From a virus (lineage: Duplodnaviria; Caudoviricetes): DNA of 35,163 nucleotides. Position 1 is the stretch's first letter. Every line of letters begins with the position of its first letter. Below the pieces are notes generated by a model. That model saw only the letters and a program-made list of their open reading frames with translations. It was not told where the DNA came from and searched no databases. This document shows positions 7,624-17,341 of this stretch, piece by piece. Made by a program: the position numbers and the translations under genes. The DNA lies in IMG/VR virus record IMGVR_UViG_3300014208_001455, positions 1 through 35,163 of that record. One strand, written 5' to 3'.

Positions 7624-8944
7624 GTTTTTTCGGATGTGCTGGCCTGACATCTTTGTCTACGACAAGCTGGAGGAGATTTGCGACTCGATCGTCCATAACC
7701 GCCGCACGACTATCCGATCCGGTCACGGCGTCGGGAAGTCCTGGCTCATGGCTCGGGTCGCTATTTGGTTTCTCTCGGTCCATCGACCTGGAATCGTCCT
7801 CACCACAGCCCCCACAGGGCGTCAGGTGGAGAAAGTCCTCTGGGGAGAGATTCACAGCGCATACAACGCTTCGCGCGTGCCCTTGGGCGGTACGCTATTA
7901 CAGATCACGTGGAAGATTGACGAGAGCAACTACGCCCTGGGCTTTTCAACCGAGGAGAGCGTCAATCAGCGCGAGTTTGGATCCGCGAAGATGCAGGGGT
8001 TCCACTCCCCAAACCTCCTCATCGTCCTAGATGAAGGTGCTGGCATCGCTCCCGAGACGTGGATCGGCGCCACGTCGCTCCTCACGGGCGAAAACAACAA
8101 GCTCGTGGACATCGGCAACCCTTCCAGCCCCACAGGACCGTTTTATGAGACGTTCAAGAGTCCGATATACAACAAGATCCACATCTCCTGCTTTGACCAT
8201 CCAAACGTGAAGCTAGGGCGTGTGGTAGTGCCTGGCGCTGTGACACGCGAGTGGATCGAGGAGCGAAAGGCAGAGTGGGGAGAGAATAGCCCACTCTATC
8301 AAGCCAAGGTGCTCGGTAACTTCCCAACGGAGGGCACGGATACTCTGATCCCTCTCACCTGGGTCGAACGCGCTGTCGAGAATCCAAACGTGAAGGAGGA
8401 GGGTGCGAAGAGCATTGGCTGTGACGTGGCCCGCTTTGGCGATGACCTCACCACGATCTACAAGTGCACGGGTAGCTGGTTCGACCTCGTGGAAGCCGCG
8501 GGCAAGCAGGACACCACAGAGACCGCCGGAAAGCTCCAGAAAGCGGCAAAAGATTTTGAAACGGAATTTGTGGCCGTGGATGACACGGGCGTCGGTGGAG
8601 GCGTCACGGATATTTGCCGGTCAAACGGAACGTCAGTCATACCTGTCAACTTTGGATGCGCGGCAAACGATCCTGAGAAGTTTTTTAACCTCAAGGCAGA
8701 AATCTACTGGGGATTGCGCGAGGCGTTCGAGAAAGAGAATGAAATCCGTATCCCGAACAATCCGCATCTCATTGGCCAGCTCGCGAGCATCAAGTTTTCC
8801 ATCACTGCCAAGGGACAGATCAAGATCGAGAGCAAGGACGAGATGAAAAAGCGCGGACTCAAGTCACCGGACCATGCGGATGGTCTCGCGATCTGTTTTT
8901 ACGCCAAGCGCGCGAACTGGATACCGGAAATGCTGTGGATATAA
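7565..8944 (+). CDS. terL: Terminase large subunit (start uncertain)
   Basis: Walker A SGHGVGKS, Walker B LIVLDEG, GNP, nuclease GCDVARFGDD and SPDHAD. Confidence 0.93.
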   Translation: MPKPQKKITNIERLQKSPVEFFRMCWPDIFVYDKLEEICDSIVHNRRTTIRSGHGVGKSWLMARVAIWFLSVHRPGIVLTTAPTGRQVEKVLWGEIHSAYNASRVPLGGTLLQITWKIDESNYALGFSTEESVNQREFGSAKMQGFHSPNLLIVLDEGAGIAPETWIGATSLLTGENNKLVDIGNPSSPTGPFYETFKSPIYNKIHISCFDHPNVKLGRVVVPGAVTREWIEERKAEWGENSPLYQAKVLGNFPTEGTDTLIPLTWVERAVENPNVKEEGAKSIGCDVARFGDDLTTIYKCTGSWFDLVEAAGKQDTTETAGKLQKAAKDFETEFVAVDDTGVGGGVTDICRSNGTSVIPVNFGCAANDPEKFFNLKAEIYWGLREAFEKENEIRIPNNPHLIGQLASIKFSITAKGQIKIESKDEMKKRGLKSPDHADGLAICFYAKRANWIPEMLWI

Positions 8945-8983
8945 AGCCCGATCACGCATCGGGTTTTGTCATGCTGGGGGAGT

Positions 8984-11071
8984 ATGAGTCTTCTATCCCG
9001 CATTCGACATGCCTTTGGTGCGCTGACGAAATCCGCGCCGACAAACGTTTTCAACTCCATTTTCGACAGTACATCAAACCCATCGGCAGATATCGAGGGG
9101 TGGCAATACAAGGCTTCGAAACTTCTCGGGGAGGAGATCGGCGCCATGGCTTTACGTTTGTATCGAGTGGCACGCGACGGATCCTGGGATGAGGTGACTG
9201 GCGAAAGTGACATTTTGTCGCTCTTGGAATCGCCGAATGCGGACATGACGCGCTCTGAGCTTTTTGAGGCGACATCCATGCATTTGGACTTCTACGGGAA
9301 TGCGTACTGGTTCCTGGAGGGCGTGAAGGATGAGCGTGGAAAGCCAAAAGCGATTTACTTGCTCAACCCGAAGCATGTACGCGTCGAGAAGACAGGATCA
9401 TTCCCGCAGAAGGTAAAGCAATACACGTATTCACTGGGTGGCAAGGAATACAAATTTGAGCCATTCCAGATCCTCCAATTCCGTGAGACAAACCCATCCG
9501 ACTCCCTCATCGGCATGGGTCCGATTCAGGCTGTGGCAGACACGGTGGAGCTTGATCAGGAGGCACGGACCTGGAACAAATCATTTTTCAAAAACAGCGC
9601 ACGTCCTGACCTCGTACTCAAGTCGAATTTCCGTACGCGTGAGCAGATGGAACCCATGCGCGCGCAATTCGAGGACAAGTACCGCGGATCCAAAAACGCT
9701 CATCGCGTCGCTGTGCTTCCTGAAGGCGTCGTGCCGGAAAAAATGAGCTGGAGTCAGAAAGAGATGGATTTTGTCGAGCAACTCCGCTGGACGCGCGACG
9801 ACATCCTATCCGGCTTGCGTACGCCGCACGTTGTCCTTGGCCTTGGTGCTGGGGAGAACCTGAACCGCGCAACTGCTGAGGCCACCAATTACATCTATGC
9901 CCTGCGCACGGTGTGCCCGCGCATGAAGCGGATCGTGCTTTTTTTGAACACACGCCTTTTGTCGCGCTTCGATGGCGACCTCGTCCTGGATTTTGATAAC
10001 CCTGTTCCACAGAACGAGGAGCTGGAGATGAAGAAGCGCCAGGCCGCGCTCGGCAATCAGCCGTACATGACCGTCAACGAGGTGCGCGACACGCTTGGCC
10101 TTCAGCCGATCGACGGCGGAGACAAGATCGCCACGGTGACGAATTTCGGCGCAGGAGGAACGGCGCCGGCAAAGCGACTCCAGATCAAGACCATGCCAAC
10201 ACGCATCCGAACATTCCACAAGAAGGAAGGCGCGAAGGAAGAGGAGGCAGATCTTCTCGCTGGGAAGATCGCCGACAAGCTCAAGATGGCGATGGAGGCG
10301 AGCACGCAAAAGGCAGACGACGGGGAGGAAGGATGGAATGCGTTTGTCGCGCGAGTGACGCCATTCGAAACGAAAGCCAAGGAAGCGATGGCTGACTACG
10401 GATTCGCCATGGGTGATCGAGCTGTTGCGGCGCTGGAGAAGCAGACCAAGGCCATCAATGCCGACGACCTGATCAACTTCGAAGATGAGATCACTTTCAT
10501 CATCGACGCCATGGCGCCGGTCATGCGCGAGCTTGCCGAGGCTGAGGGCACAACCGTGGCCGAGATCGTGGGAGGTGCCTTTGATGCGCAGAGCGACCGC
10601 CTGGAGAAGGCTGTGAACGACGCCATCGAACTCATGGCCCAAAACTACAATCAAACCACCGTAGAGGCCTTAAAACGCGAGATTTTGGAGGGTGAAGAGG
10701 CGGGGGAGGGGATTGATCAGCTCAAGAAGCGCATCCAGGACATCGCCGAGTTTTCGAGCACGGTCCGAGCCGACATGGTGGCGCGCACAGAGTCCTATCG
10801 GATCGCGAACATCGCTGGGCGTGAGGCATACCTTCAGACCGGCATCAAGGAAATGGTCTGGTACACAGCACTCGATGAAAAGGTGTGCGAGTTTTGCGCT
10901 CCCCAACACGGGAAGGTCGTAGCGACTGATGCGAACTTTTTCACCAAGGGCGACGTGATCACGGGAAGCAATGGCGAAACCATGACCGTCGAATACTCCG
11001 ACATTTACGGCGGAGCGTTGCACGTGAATTGCCGCTGTCAGGTACGGCCCAATGTGAACTTTGGGGACTGA
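8984..11071 (+). CDS. HK97-type portal protein fused to Mu-F/SPP1 gp7-like head morphogenesis domain
   Basis: Portal motifs LLESPN, YGNAYW, FFKNSARP, MTVNEVR; C-terminal ARTES, WYTALDEKVCEFC, HVNCRC. Confidence 0.9.
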   Translation: MSLLSRIRHAFGALTKSAPTNVFNSIFDSTSNPSADIEGWQYKASKLLGEEIGAMALRLYRVARDGSWDEVTGESDILSLLESPNADMTRSELFEATSMHLDFYGNAYWFLEGVKDERGKPKAIYLLNPKHVRVEKTGSFPQKVKQYTYSLGGKEYKFEPFQILQFRETNPSDSLIGMGPIQAVADTVELDQEARTWNKSFFKNSARPDLVLKSNFRTREQMEPMRAQFEDKYRGSKNAHRVAVLPEGVVPEKMSWSQKEMDFVEQLRWTRDDILSGLRTPHVVLGLGAGENLNRATAEATNYIYALRTVCPRMKRIVLFLNTRLLSRFDGDLVLDFDNPVPQNEELEMKKRQAALGNQPYMTVNEVRDTLGLQPIDGGDKIATVTNFGAGGTAPAKRLQIKTMPTRIRTFHKKEGAKEEEADLLAGKIADKLKMAMEASTQKADDGEEGWNAFVARVTPFETKAKEAMADYGFAMGDRAVAALEKQTKAINADDLINFEDEITFIIDAMAPVMRELAEAEGTTVAEIVGGAFDAQSDRLEKAVNDAIELMAQNYNQTTVEALKREILEGEEAGEGIDQLKKRIQDIAEFSSTVRADMVARTESYRIANIAGREAYLQTGIKEMVWYTALDEKVCEFCAPQHGKVVATDANFFTKGDVITGSNGETMTVEYSDIYGGALHVNCRCQVRPNVNFGD

Positions 11072-11136
11072 GTGTGGATAAAACACACGAATCGTTCGCG
11101 CAAATCTTTATCTTGAAAGCATAACCCTTCGCATCT

Positions 11137-12291
11137 ATGACCGAAATCATCAAGCACTTGCAATGCAAAGCATTCGTCGAAAAAGCGAATGGACTCCTCA
11201 CTGTCGTCGCGAGCGATGAAACCGTGGATCGTTCTGGCGAGAGCATTCCGATCTCCTCGTGGGATCTGACCAATTTTCAGAAGTCACCGCGCTTGCTCAT
11301 CGACCACGACTATTCCGTGAAGAGCATCGTGGGCGTTGCCGATAACATCCGCACGCAAGACGGCAAGCTCATGTTCGAGCCGCGCTTTCATGAAATCACG
11401 GATGCCGCGCGCGAATGCAAGGCGCTTGTGGAGCAAGGTTTTCTCGACACCGTATCCGTTGGGTTCATCAGCCGCATGAAGGACGGAAAAGTGACGAACG
11501 AGCTCCTGGAGGTCTCCTTCGTGGCCGTACCATGCAACCCGAATGCTCGGACCATGGCTTTGGAGGAAGAGCTGGCCGTGAAGAGCTTCATGAAAGACGC
11601 CGGCGTGGAAGAGGTGAAGCCGGAAGAGAAACCGGTCGAGGAACCGTCAAAACCCGAGGAAAAGCCCGAAAATGCAGGGGAAGAGCCGGTAGGGGAGGGG
11701 AGTGGGGAGGAGCCACAGGAGGCTGTGGAAAAGGGGCTCGTGTATGACACCTTGGAAGCCGCAAGCGAGATCCGAAGTCAGAAGTACAGCATCATGGATC
11801 CGATCGTGTACGCCTTCTGGGACTTCGTAGACGCCTTCATGTTGGACTCCACACCTATCGAGTCACTGAGCGCCCTCTGCGAGGACTATAAGGCCACCAT
11901 GACCCAACTCATGACGGCAGGAGTGCAAATGGAAAAGCAGGAGAAGCCACTCGTCAAAGCCATGGCTGTCTGGTCCATGAAGACGTACCAGGAAATGACC
12001 AAATCCGGACGAGTGTTGTCAGACGCTAACCGTACGATCATTCAAAACGCCATCGCTCAAATGAATGAAGCGAACAGTGCTTTGCAGACGTTGCTCGATG
12101 CAACCGATCCGCAGGGTACTGAGGAGAAGGCCCAGGATGGCAAGGGCGCTCCAAAACAAAGGTCGAGTGGTGCAGGGTTCGATGACGAAGCCCAACTCAA
12201 ATCATGGCTTCTCATGCGTCGAGCTTTGCGCGCCGTGAATTCGGCAACGTCAGAGGTTTTGGCTAAATCAAAGATTACTCTTAAAAAATAA
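11137..12291 (+). CDS. HK97 prohead protease with long acidic/helical C-terminal extension
   Basis: DRSGE, LLIDH, VSVGF, LLEVSFVAVPCNPNA. Confidence 0.9.
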   Translation: MTEIIKHLQCKAFVEKANGLLTVVASDETVDRSGESIPISSWDLTNFQKSPRLLIDHDYSVKSIVGVADNIRTQDGKLMFEPRFHEITDAARECKALVEQGFLDTVSVGFISRMKDGKVTNELLEVSFVAVPCNPNARTMALEEELAVKSFMKDAGVEEVKPEEKPVEEPSKPEEKPENAGEEPVGEGSGEEPQEAVEKGLVYDTLEAASEIRSQKYSIMDPIVYAFWDFVDAFMLDSTPIESLSALCEDYKATMTQLMTAGVQMEKQEKPLVKAMAVWSMKTYQEMTKSGRVLSDANRTIIQNAIAQMNEANSALQTLLDATDPQGTEEKAQDGKGAPKQRSSGAGFDDEAQLKSWLLMRRALRAVNSATSEVLAKSKITLKK

Positions 12292-12293
12292 GT

Positions 12294-13469
12294 ATGTTGG
12301 ATCTCGAATTGTTCAAGAAAGAAATGTCGGCAGAAATCAAGAGCCACCTCGATACGGCTCTGGAAAGCCGATTGAAGTCAGTCATCGGTGAAGAGCGCTC
12401 ATCCATCGTCCGCGAAATCGTGGAAGATATGCGCGTCGAGCGTGCTGTGCTCGGTCATGACCGAACCGGCCTCTCAGAAGGACAGAAGACAGAATTTGTG
12501 AAATTCGTGAAGAGCATCCCAGCACAAACCAAGGCCAACGAGGCAATGGTTGGTGATCAGGATTCTCGTGGTGGGTATTTGATCGCGCCGGAAGTGGCAA
12601 ACGCCATCCTCCGCATCGCGGCTTCCGTGGGCATCGCCATGAGCCAATGCGCACGCTGGGACATGAAGGGCGACGAGCTCGATGTGCCTGCATACGCTGG
12701 TTCCATCTTGGAAGGCGAATGGTTGGGCTTTGACGCGGTTGGTTCCGTCACGGGTGTTACATTCAAGGCCGCGAAACTCTTGGCAAAGAGCTGGCAACTC
12801 GCGTTCGTTGTCGGCAAGGATCTCTTGTCCGAAGCGACGCCACAGGTTGCAGACTTCCTCTTGGCATTGGCTGGCGAAGCATGGGCGAATGCGCTCGATA
12901 AACAGGTGTTCATCGGTACAGGCGCACCATTCACCGGTGTTTTGACGGATGCGAACGTGGGCACGCTCACCCTCGCCACTGGCAAGGATACGTTTGCCGA
13001 GTATGACGTGATCGACGACTCCTCGGATGCCATCGCTTCCGTGGAAGAATCCGTGCTCGATGGTGCGGCCTTCTACTTCTCCCGCACGGTGTGGGCGAAA
13101 TTGCGTGTTCAGCAAGATTCGGCTGGTAACTACCTCCTCCCACAAGCTGGCGCTCTCTTGAGTGCAAACTTCAAGAACGGCGGACCGAAGCCTGCTGGTG
13201 AAATTTTGGGCTTCCCTGTCTATACCTGCCGCCACTTGCCAGCGAACAGCGCCACGGCTGTGTCAACCAAATTCGGCGTGTTCGGTAGCTTGAAATGTGT
13301 CGGTCTTGGTCTGAAATCTGAGATGGACATGGCTGTCTATGCGAGCGGTACATTCGGCGGCAAAGAAGTCGCCCTGTCTCGTCAGCTCGGCATGGTGTAC
13401 GGCTCTCGCGCCGCTGTGTCGTTGACATTGCCGGCAGGATTGGTCGCCATCAAGACCGCCGCCTCCTAA
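12294..13469 (+). CDS. Major capsid protein, HK97 fold
   Basis: GGYLIAPEV, IGTG, GEILGFPV, FGSLK; position after protease. Confidence 0.9.
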   Translation: MLDLELFKKEMSAEIKSHLDTALESRLKSVIGEERSSIVREIVEDMRVERAVLGHDRTGLSEGQKTEFVKFVKSIPAQTKANEAMVGDQDSRGGYLIAPEVANAILRIAASVGIAMSQCARWDMKGDELDVPAYAGSILEGEWLGFDAVGSVTGVTFKAAKLLAKSWQLAFVVGKDLLSEATPQVADFLLALAGEAWANALDKQVFIGTGAPFTGVLTDANVGTLTLATGKDTFAEYDVIDDSSDAIASVEESVLDGAAFYFSRTVWAKLRVQQDSAGNYLLPQAGALLSANFKNGGPKPAGEILGFPVYTCRHLPANSATAVSTKFGVFGSLKCVGLGLKSEMDMAVYASGTFGGKEVALSRQLGMVYGSRAAVSLTLPAGLVAIKTAAS

Positions 13470-13474
13470 TCAGT

Positions 13475-13798
13475 ATGATCACGCGCTCATACAAGGTCTT
13501 GAGACCTATCGCGTACAACGGCAGGCATGAGATCGGGGAGATTGTCGAGATGCCGCCGGAAGATGCTGAGAACATCGGGGCTGAGTATCTGGTGCCCGTA
13601 ACCGCCACAATCAAAATGACGGTAGAGCACACAGAAGCGGGCGCCGATGCAAAGGCGAACGAAGCCACGACCAAGCCGAAAGGCAAGGGGAAGGGCAAAG
13701 GAAAGAAAACCGAGGAATCCGAGGAGGCGGGCGCCGATGCAAAGGCGAACGAAGCCGAAGAGTCCAAGGAAGAAACTAAATCATCCGATAAAGAATAA
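13475..13798 (+). CDS. Hypothetical head-associated protein with charged repetitive tail
   Basis: ORF directly after capsid; EAGADAKANEA twice. Confidence 0.7.
   Translation: MITRSYKVLRPIAYNGRHEIGEIVEMPPEDAENIGAEYLVPVTATIKMTVEHTEAGADAKANEATTKPKGKGKGKGKKTEESEEAGADAKANEAEESKEETKSSDKE
13637..13756 (+). repeat. Exact 30-bp direct repeat, 90-bp period
   Basis: GCGGGCGCCGATGCAAAGGCGAACGAAGCC at 13637-13666 and 13727-13756. Confidence 0.9.
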
Positions 13799-13803
13799 AT
13801 GCT

Positions 13804-14217
13804 ATGACTGTTGCAGAAAATGTAAAGCCGCTCGCTTCGATCGTTCCGCAGACTATCGCTTCGGCGACGACCACTGCGGGCGCCGCGGTCGATACCATGG
13901 GGTACGACAACGTAGAATGGGTGATCGCCGTTGGCGACCTCGATCTCGTTGGCGGCGACGAAACGCACACGATCAAAATTCAGGAGTCCGTCGATGCGGC
14001 ATTCAGTTCACCCGTTGACATCACTGGCGCGACTGTTGCTATGACGGCAGATAGCACCGTGAAAACGATCAAGGTGCTCGGCCTTGGAACCGGATCCCGT
14101 CTGCGCTATCAGCGTGCCTACGTCACGACTGTCGGCGCGACTGTGTCCTGTCCGATCTGCGTCCTCGCCGCCCTTGGTGGAGCGAAGATGAACCCGTGCA
14201 ATACTCCTGACGCCTAG
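13804..14217 (+). CDS. Hypothetical virion protein (possible decoration protein)
   Basis: Beta-rich 137-aa ORF in head module. Confidence 0.6.
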   Translation: MTVAENVKPLASIVPQTIASATTTAGAAVDTMGYDNVEWVIAVGDLDLVGGDETHTIKIQESVDAAFSSPVDITGATVAMTADSTVKTIKVLGLGTGSRLRYQRAYVTTVGATVSCPICVLAALGGAKMNPCNTPDA

Positions 14218-14223
14218 GCGTTG

Positions 14224-14258
14224 GAGGCTCTGCCCTGATTGGCGTCAGGGCAGTCCTC
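14224..14258 (+). terminator. Intergenic stem-loop after head genes (no clear U-tract)
   Basis: CTGCCCTGA-ttggcg-TCAGGGCAG with GAGG/CCTC extension. Confidence 0.45.
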
Positions 14259-14271
14259 TACTGCTTATCCT

Positions 14272-14895
14272 ATGGCCGCAACTATCCATCCCCGCGCTCT
14301 CACGACCCTTGCACGCGTAAAAGCTCGCCTGGGTATTTCGGTTTCTACGCTCGACGATCTCCTCACCGAGATGATCAGCGCCGCCACGGACTTGATAGAG
14401 TCTTATTGTGATCGGAAATTCAAGTCCGATACATACACAAGCGAGGTCTATGGCCTCGATGTCGAGGACGGACACTTTGTGGCATTGAAGCAGGCTCCTG
14501 TGACCGCGCTCACGACCGCCCAATACCGCGCAGGTACGCCGGACGTACCCGCATGGACTTCTTACCTCGCGAGCGAATTCGAGCTCGTAGGGGACGGCAG
14601 GGCGGGTCTGGTGCGAATCTATGGAGGCGTGCCAACTGGGACGAATAACGTTCGATTTACCTACACAGCCGGATACCTGATTGATTTCACGAACGAGGGC
14701 GATATCACAAAGCACACGCTTCCATTTGATGTCAGCGATCTTTGCGAACGCATCGTGATCCGCCTATTCAAACGCCGAGAAGACGTGGGAAAGACGACGG
14801 TGAGCGCTGGGGAGGCGAGTGTCAGCTATCGAGCTTCATTCGATGAAGAGGACAAGATGACTCTCGAACGCTATCGACGCGTTGTCCTCGTCTGA
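14272..14895 (+). CDS. Head-tail connector/adaptor (gp6-like)
   Basis: LTTLARVKARLGI..DDLL..ISAAT..IESYC, YTAGY, LERYRR. Confidence 0.82.
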   Translation: MAATIHPRALTTLARVKARLGISVSTLDDLLTEMISAATDLIESYCDRKFKSDTYTSEVYGLDVEDGHFVALKQAPVTALTTAQYRAGTPDVPAWTSYLASEFELVGDGRAGLVRIYGGVPTGTNNVRFTYTAGYLIDFTNEGDITKHTLPFDVSDLCERIVIRLFKRREDVGKTTVSAGEASVSYRASFDEEDKMTLERYRRVVLV

Positions 14896-14896
14896 T

Positions 14897-15286
14897 ATGG
14901 CTACCTACGCGATCAAAATCGAGAATCTGGATGCCTTGCGGAACGCCATGAGGCAATTCCCCGAGATCGCGGCAAAACACCTTCAGACAGCAGTCGAGGA
15001 GGGCGTCGCGATTATTCATGAACGCTCCGCGCGCTCCGTGGGGATTGTGCCGGTCAAAACTGGCAACCTTTCAAACTCGTTCAGCACGGGCATCGCCATC
15101 GGTCGGCTGTACGGGCGCATCGGTCCAACCGCGCACTATGCCCGCTACGTGAACGACGGTACGAAGAAGATGCGCGCGCGACGGTACATGGAAAAACTGG
15201 AAGCCGTAACAACTCCAAAGATCAACGAGCGCTTTGTGAAGGCGCTTGACCGAGTGGCTGACGAAATTGCTAATCGATCATCTTGA
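14897..15286 (+). CDS. HK97 gp10-like tail completion protein
   Basis: VPVKTGNL.NS, YARYVNDGT motifs. Confidence 0.75.
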   Translation: MATYAIKIENLDALRNAMRQFPEIAAKHLQTAVEEGVAIIHERSARSVGIVPVKTGNLSNSFSTGIAIGRLYGRIGPTAHYARYVNDGTKKMRARRYMEKLEAVTTPKINERFVKALDRVADEIANRSS

Positions 15287-15287
15287 T

Positions 15288-15734
15288 ATGTCTTTTGTCT
15301 CAATACGCACGAAACTCTTGGCCATCCTGAACGCCCGTAAAACGGCCACAGTGTTGGGCGAGGTCTTTGATGGGGAGCAGGACCAACAACGACTCGACAT
15401 CAGCGCCTATCCCGTTGCAGAGCTCCGCCGTAGCGCGAGCGAAGCCGACTACTTCACCGCCGGAGGGCTGGGCGAGGATCTGAACACGTACGTCTTTGAC
15501 ATCTGGCTCTATTCCGAGCTTGAGAACGTGGGCACGAGCGTGGCAGAGAAGGCGCTGGACGTGGTGCTTGATGACCTGATCTACCAATTCGCGCATGATC
15601 GTACGCTCACGGGCACAGCAGACGGGGGAGTGAGGCCGACGGTCACAAAAGGAGGATTCGTAGAGTGGCGTGGAAAATTGCATGCCGTGGCTGTTCTCAC
15701 GGTCCGCTGTCTGAAAATTCAAGACAACGCATAG
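15288..15734 (+). CDS. Putative tail terminator
   Basis: Size, YP motif and position before tail tube. Confidence 0.55.
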   Translation: MSFVSIRTKLLAILNARKTATVLGEVFDGEQDQQRLDISAYPVAELRRSASEADYFTAGGLGEDLNTYVFDIWLYSELENVGTSVAEKALDVVLDDLIYQFAHDRTLTGTADGGVRPTVTKGGFVEWRGKLHAVAVLTVRCLKIQDNA

Positions 15735-15785
15735 GGCTGTGGATTATTGAGGTGTGTGGATTGAGGCGTTCGTTATGCTCAAAGC

Positions 15786-15989
15786 ATGATGAACGCCTCT
15801 TTGAATAAATCTATGTCCAAGAAAGACGTGCAGACCAAAGCCGAAACGGCGGCGGATGCTTCTACGTGTGCGCAAAGCGAGTGGTACTTCAGTGCCTCAG
15901 ACGGTCGGCCGCCGGTCACGATCATCTCCGCAACCTTTGAGGAAGCGGTCGAGCAGTATAACGAGCGATTTAACCTTAAAGAATCATAA
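15786..15989 (+). CDS. Hypothetical protein (start 15786 or 15813)
   Basis: ORF immediately upstream of tail tube. Confidence 0.55.
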   Translation: MMNASLNKSMSKKDVQTKAETAADASTCAQSEWYFSASDGRPPVTIISATFEEAVEQYNERFNLKES

Positions 15990-15999
15990 TTTTTGACCT

Positions 16000-16977
16000 A
16001 TGGCGAAATTCACTGGTGCGAGGATTGATCTCGGAGTCGGCAAGGAGTCGGTACGTGGCACGGGCGTTGCCCCTACGTATTGGCTTCGTCCGAGCGAGGT
16101 CAGCGTTGACGAGAAGGTTATGCGGTCCATGGATGAATCCACCCGTAACCTGATCGAGGATTCGGTTGACTCTCAGGTGGTGGGGAAGCTCGCCGATGGC
16201 GAATTTACGCTCCCGATCCGCGACTCATCCATCGGCCTCTTGCTTTTGAACATCTTCGGGACTGATACGCCGGCCGCCAAATCCGCACCGAAAGCCACGT
16301 TATATGTCCATTCCGTCACGGTGGCGCAGTCGAACCAGCATGCCGAGATCACGATGCTCCTGAAAGAGGCGAATGCAGATAAGGACTACGCCCTCTCGAT
16401 GCTCACGGGCATGGAGCTTTCGATCGAGCTTGGTAAGCACGCCACGGCAAAGTTTGGGTTCCGCTCCAAGACGGGCGCTGTGCAAGCACGTACGGCCACG
16501 TATACGGCGGAGAACATCTTCTTGCCCAATCATGGCGTGGTGAAGTTTGCGTCAGCCCTATCAGGCTTAACAGCCGCATCAGGCATCAAGGTGCGATCCG
16601 TGAATCTGAAGATCGACAAGAAGATCGAGGACGACCGCGCGCTTGGATCGGTTGATCCGGAAGACATCCTCAACACCACATTCAGCGTCACGGGGGAGAT
16701 TGAGCTCGTCTACGATGCAACGACGTACGTCACGAGCTTGCTCGCGAACACCGCACAAGCCTTGCGCATCGACCTCCAGAACACGGCCGTGACCATCGGT
16801 ACGTCCGCGAATCCTGGACTCCAGATCAACCTCGCGAAGGTCCTCCTCGAAGAAGTGTCCCGCGGTTTCGGCAAGGGAGACATCGTGACGCAGACGCTCT
16901 CGTTCAAGGCGTTCTACAGTGACACCGACTCTTCCATGATCGGCGCCGTTCTTACCAACCTCGTAGCCTCCTACTAA
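16000..16977 (+). CDS. Major tail tube protein
   Basis: LGVGKES.RGT N-terminus, beta-rich 325 aa, VTGEIEL, position. Confidence 0.75.
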   Translation: MAKFTGARIDLGVGKESVRGTGVAPTYWLRPSEVSVDEKVMRSMDESTRNLIEDSVDSQVVGKLADGEFTLPIRDSSIGLLLLNIFGTDTPAAKSAPKATLYVHSVTVAQSNQHAEITMLLKEANADKDYALSMLTGMELSIELGKHATAKFGFRSKTGAVQARTATYTAENIFLPNHGVVKFASALSGLTAASGIKVRSVNLKIDKKIEDDRALGSVDPEDILNTTFSVTGEIELVYDATTYVTSLLANTAQALRIDLQNTAVTIGTSANPGLQINLAKVLLEEVSRGFGKGDIVTQTLSFKAFYSDTDSSMIGAVLTNLVASY

Positions 16978-16981
16978 ACAT

Positions 16982-17332
16982 ATGCCCGCACCATACATTT
17001 CGAGCGCTTTGGAAATCGGTGGCGTGATTCATTCATCTGCCGCATGGCTCAAGTCGCTCTCAGGTCGAATTGATCAAAGCGCGCCAAGCGATGATTATTT
17101 TCTTTTGCTCATTGATGACAGCGTAGAGCCGGAAAATGGCGCTGTGACGCGCATCGCTGGTTCCTCGAAATTCGTACACGTGCAGGGCTCGGATACGCTG
17201 ATCGATCTGCCGATTCCAGCGAAAGAGATCCATGGTGATACTGGACTGGTTTGGATGTTGTCAACGACAGAGTTTGAGCTCACGAAAGCCGGAGCCTATG
17301 CGGCTGTAACGGCGACGTGCGAGAACGGCTAG
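16982..17332 (+). CDS. Hypothetical protein
   Basis: tATG start, in operon. Confidence 0.65.
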   Translation: MPAPYISSALEIGGVIHSSAAWLKSLSGRIDQSAPSDDYFLLLIDDSVEPENGAVTRIAGSSKFVHVQGSDTLIDLPIPAKEIHGDTGLVWMLSTTEFELTKAGAYAAVTATCENG

Positions 17333-17341
17333 AACACCAAT

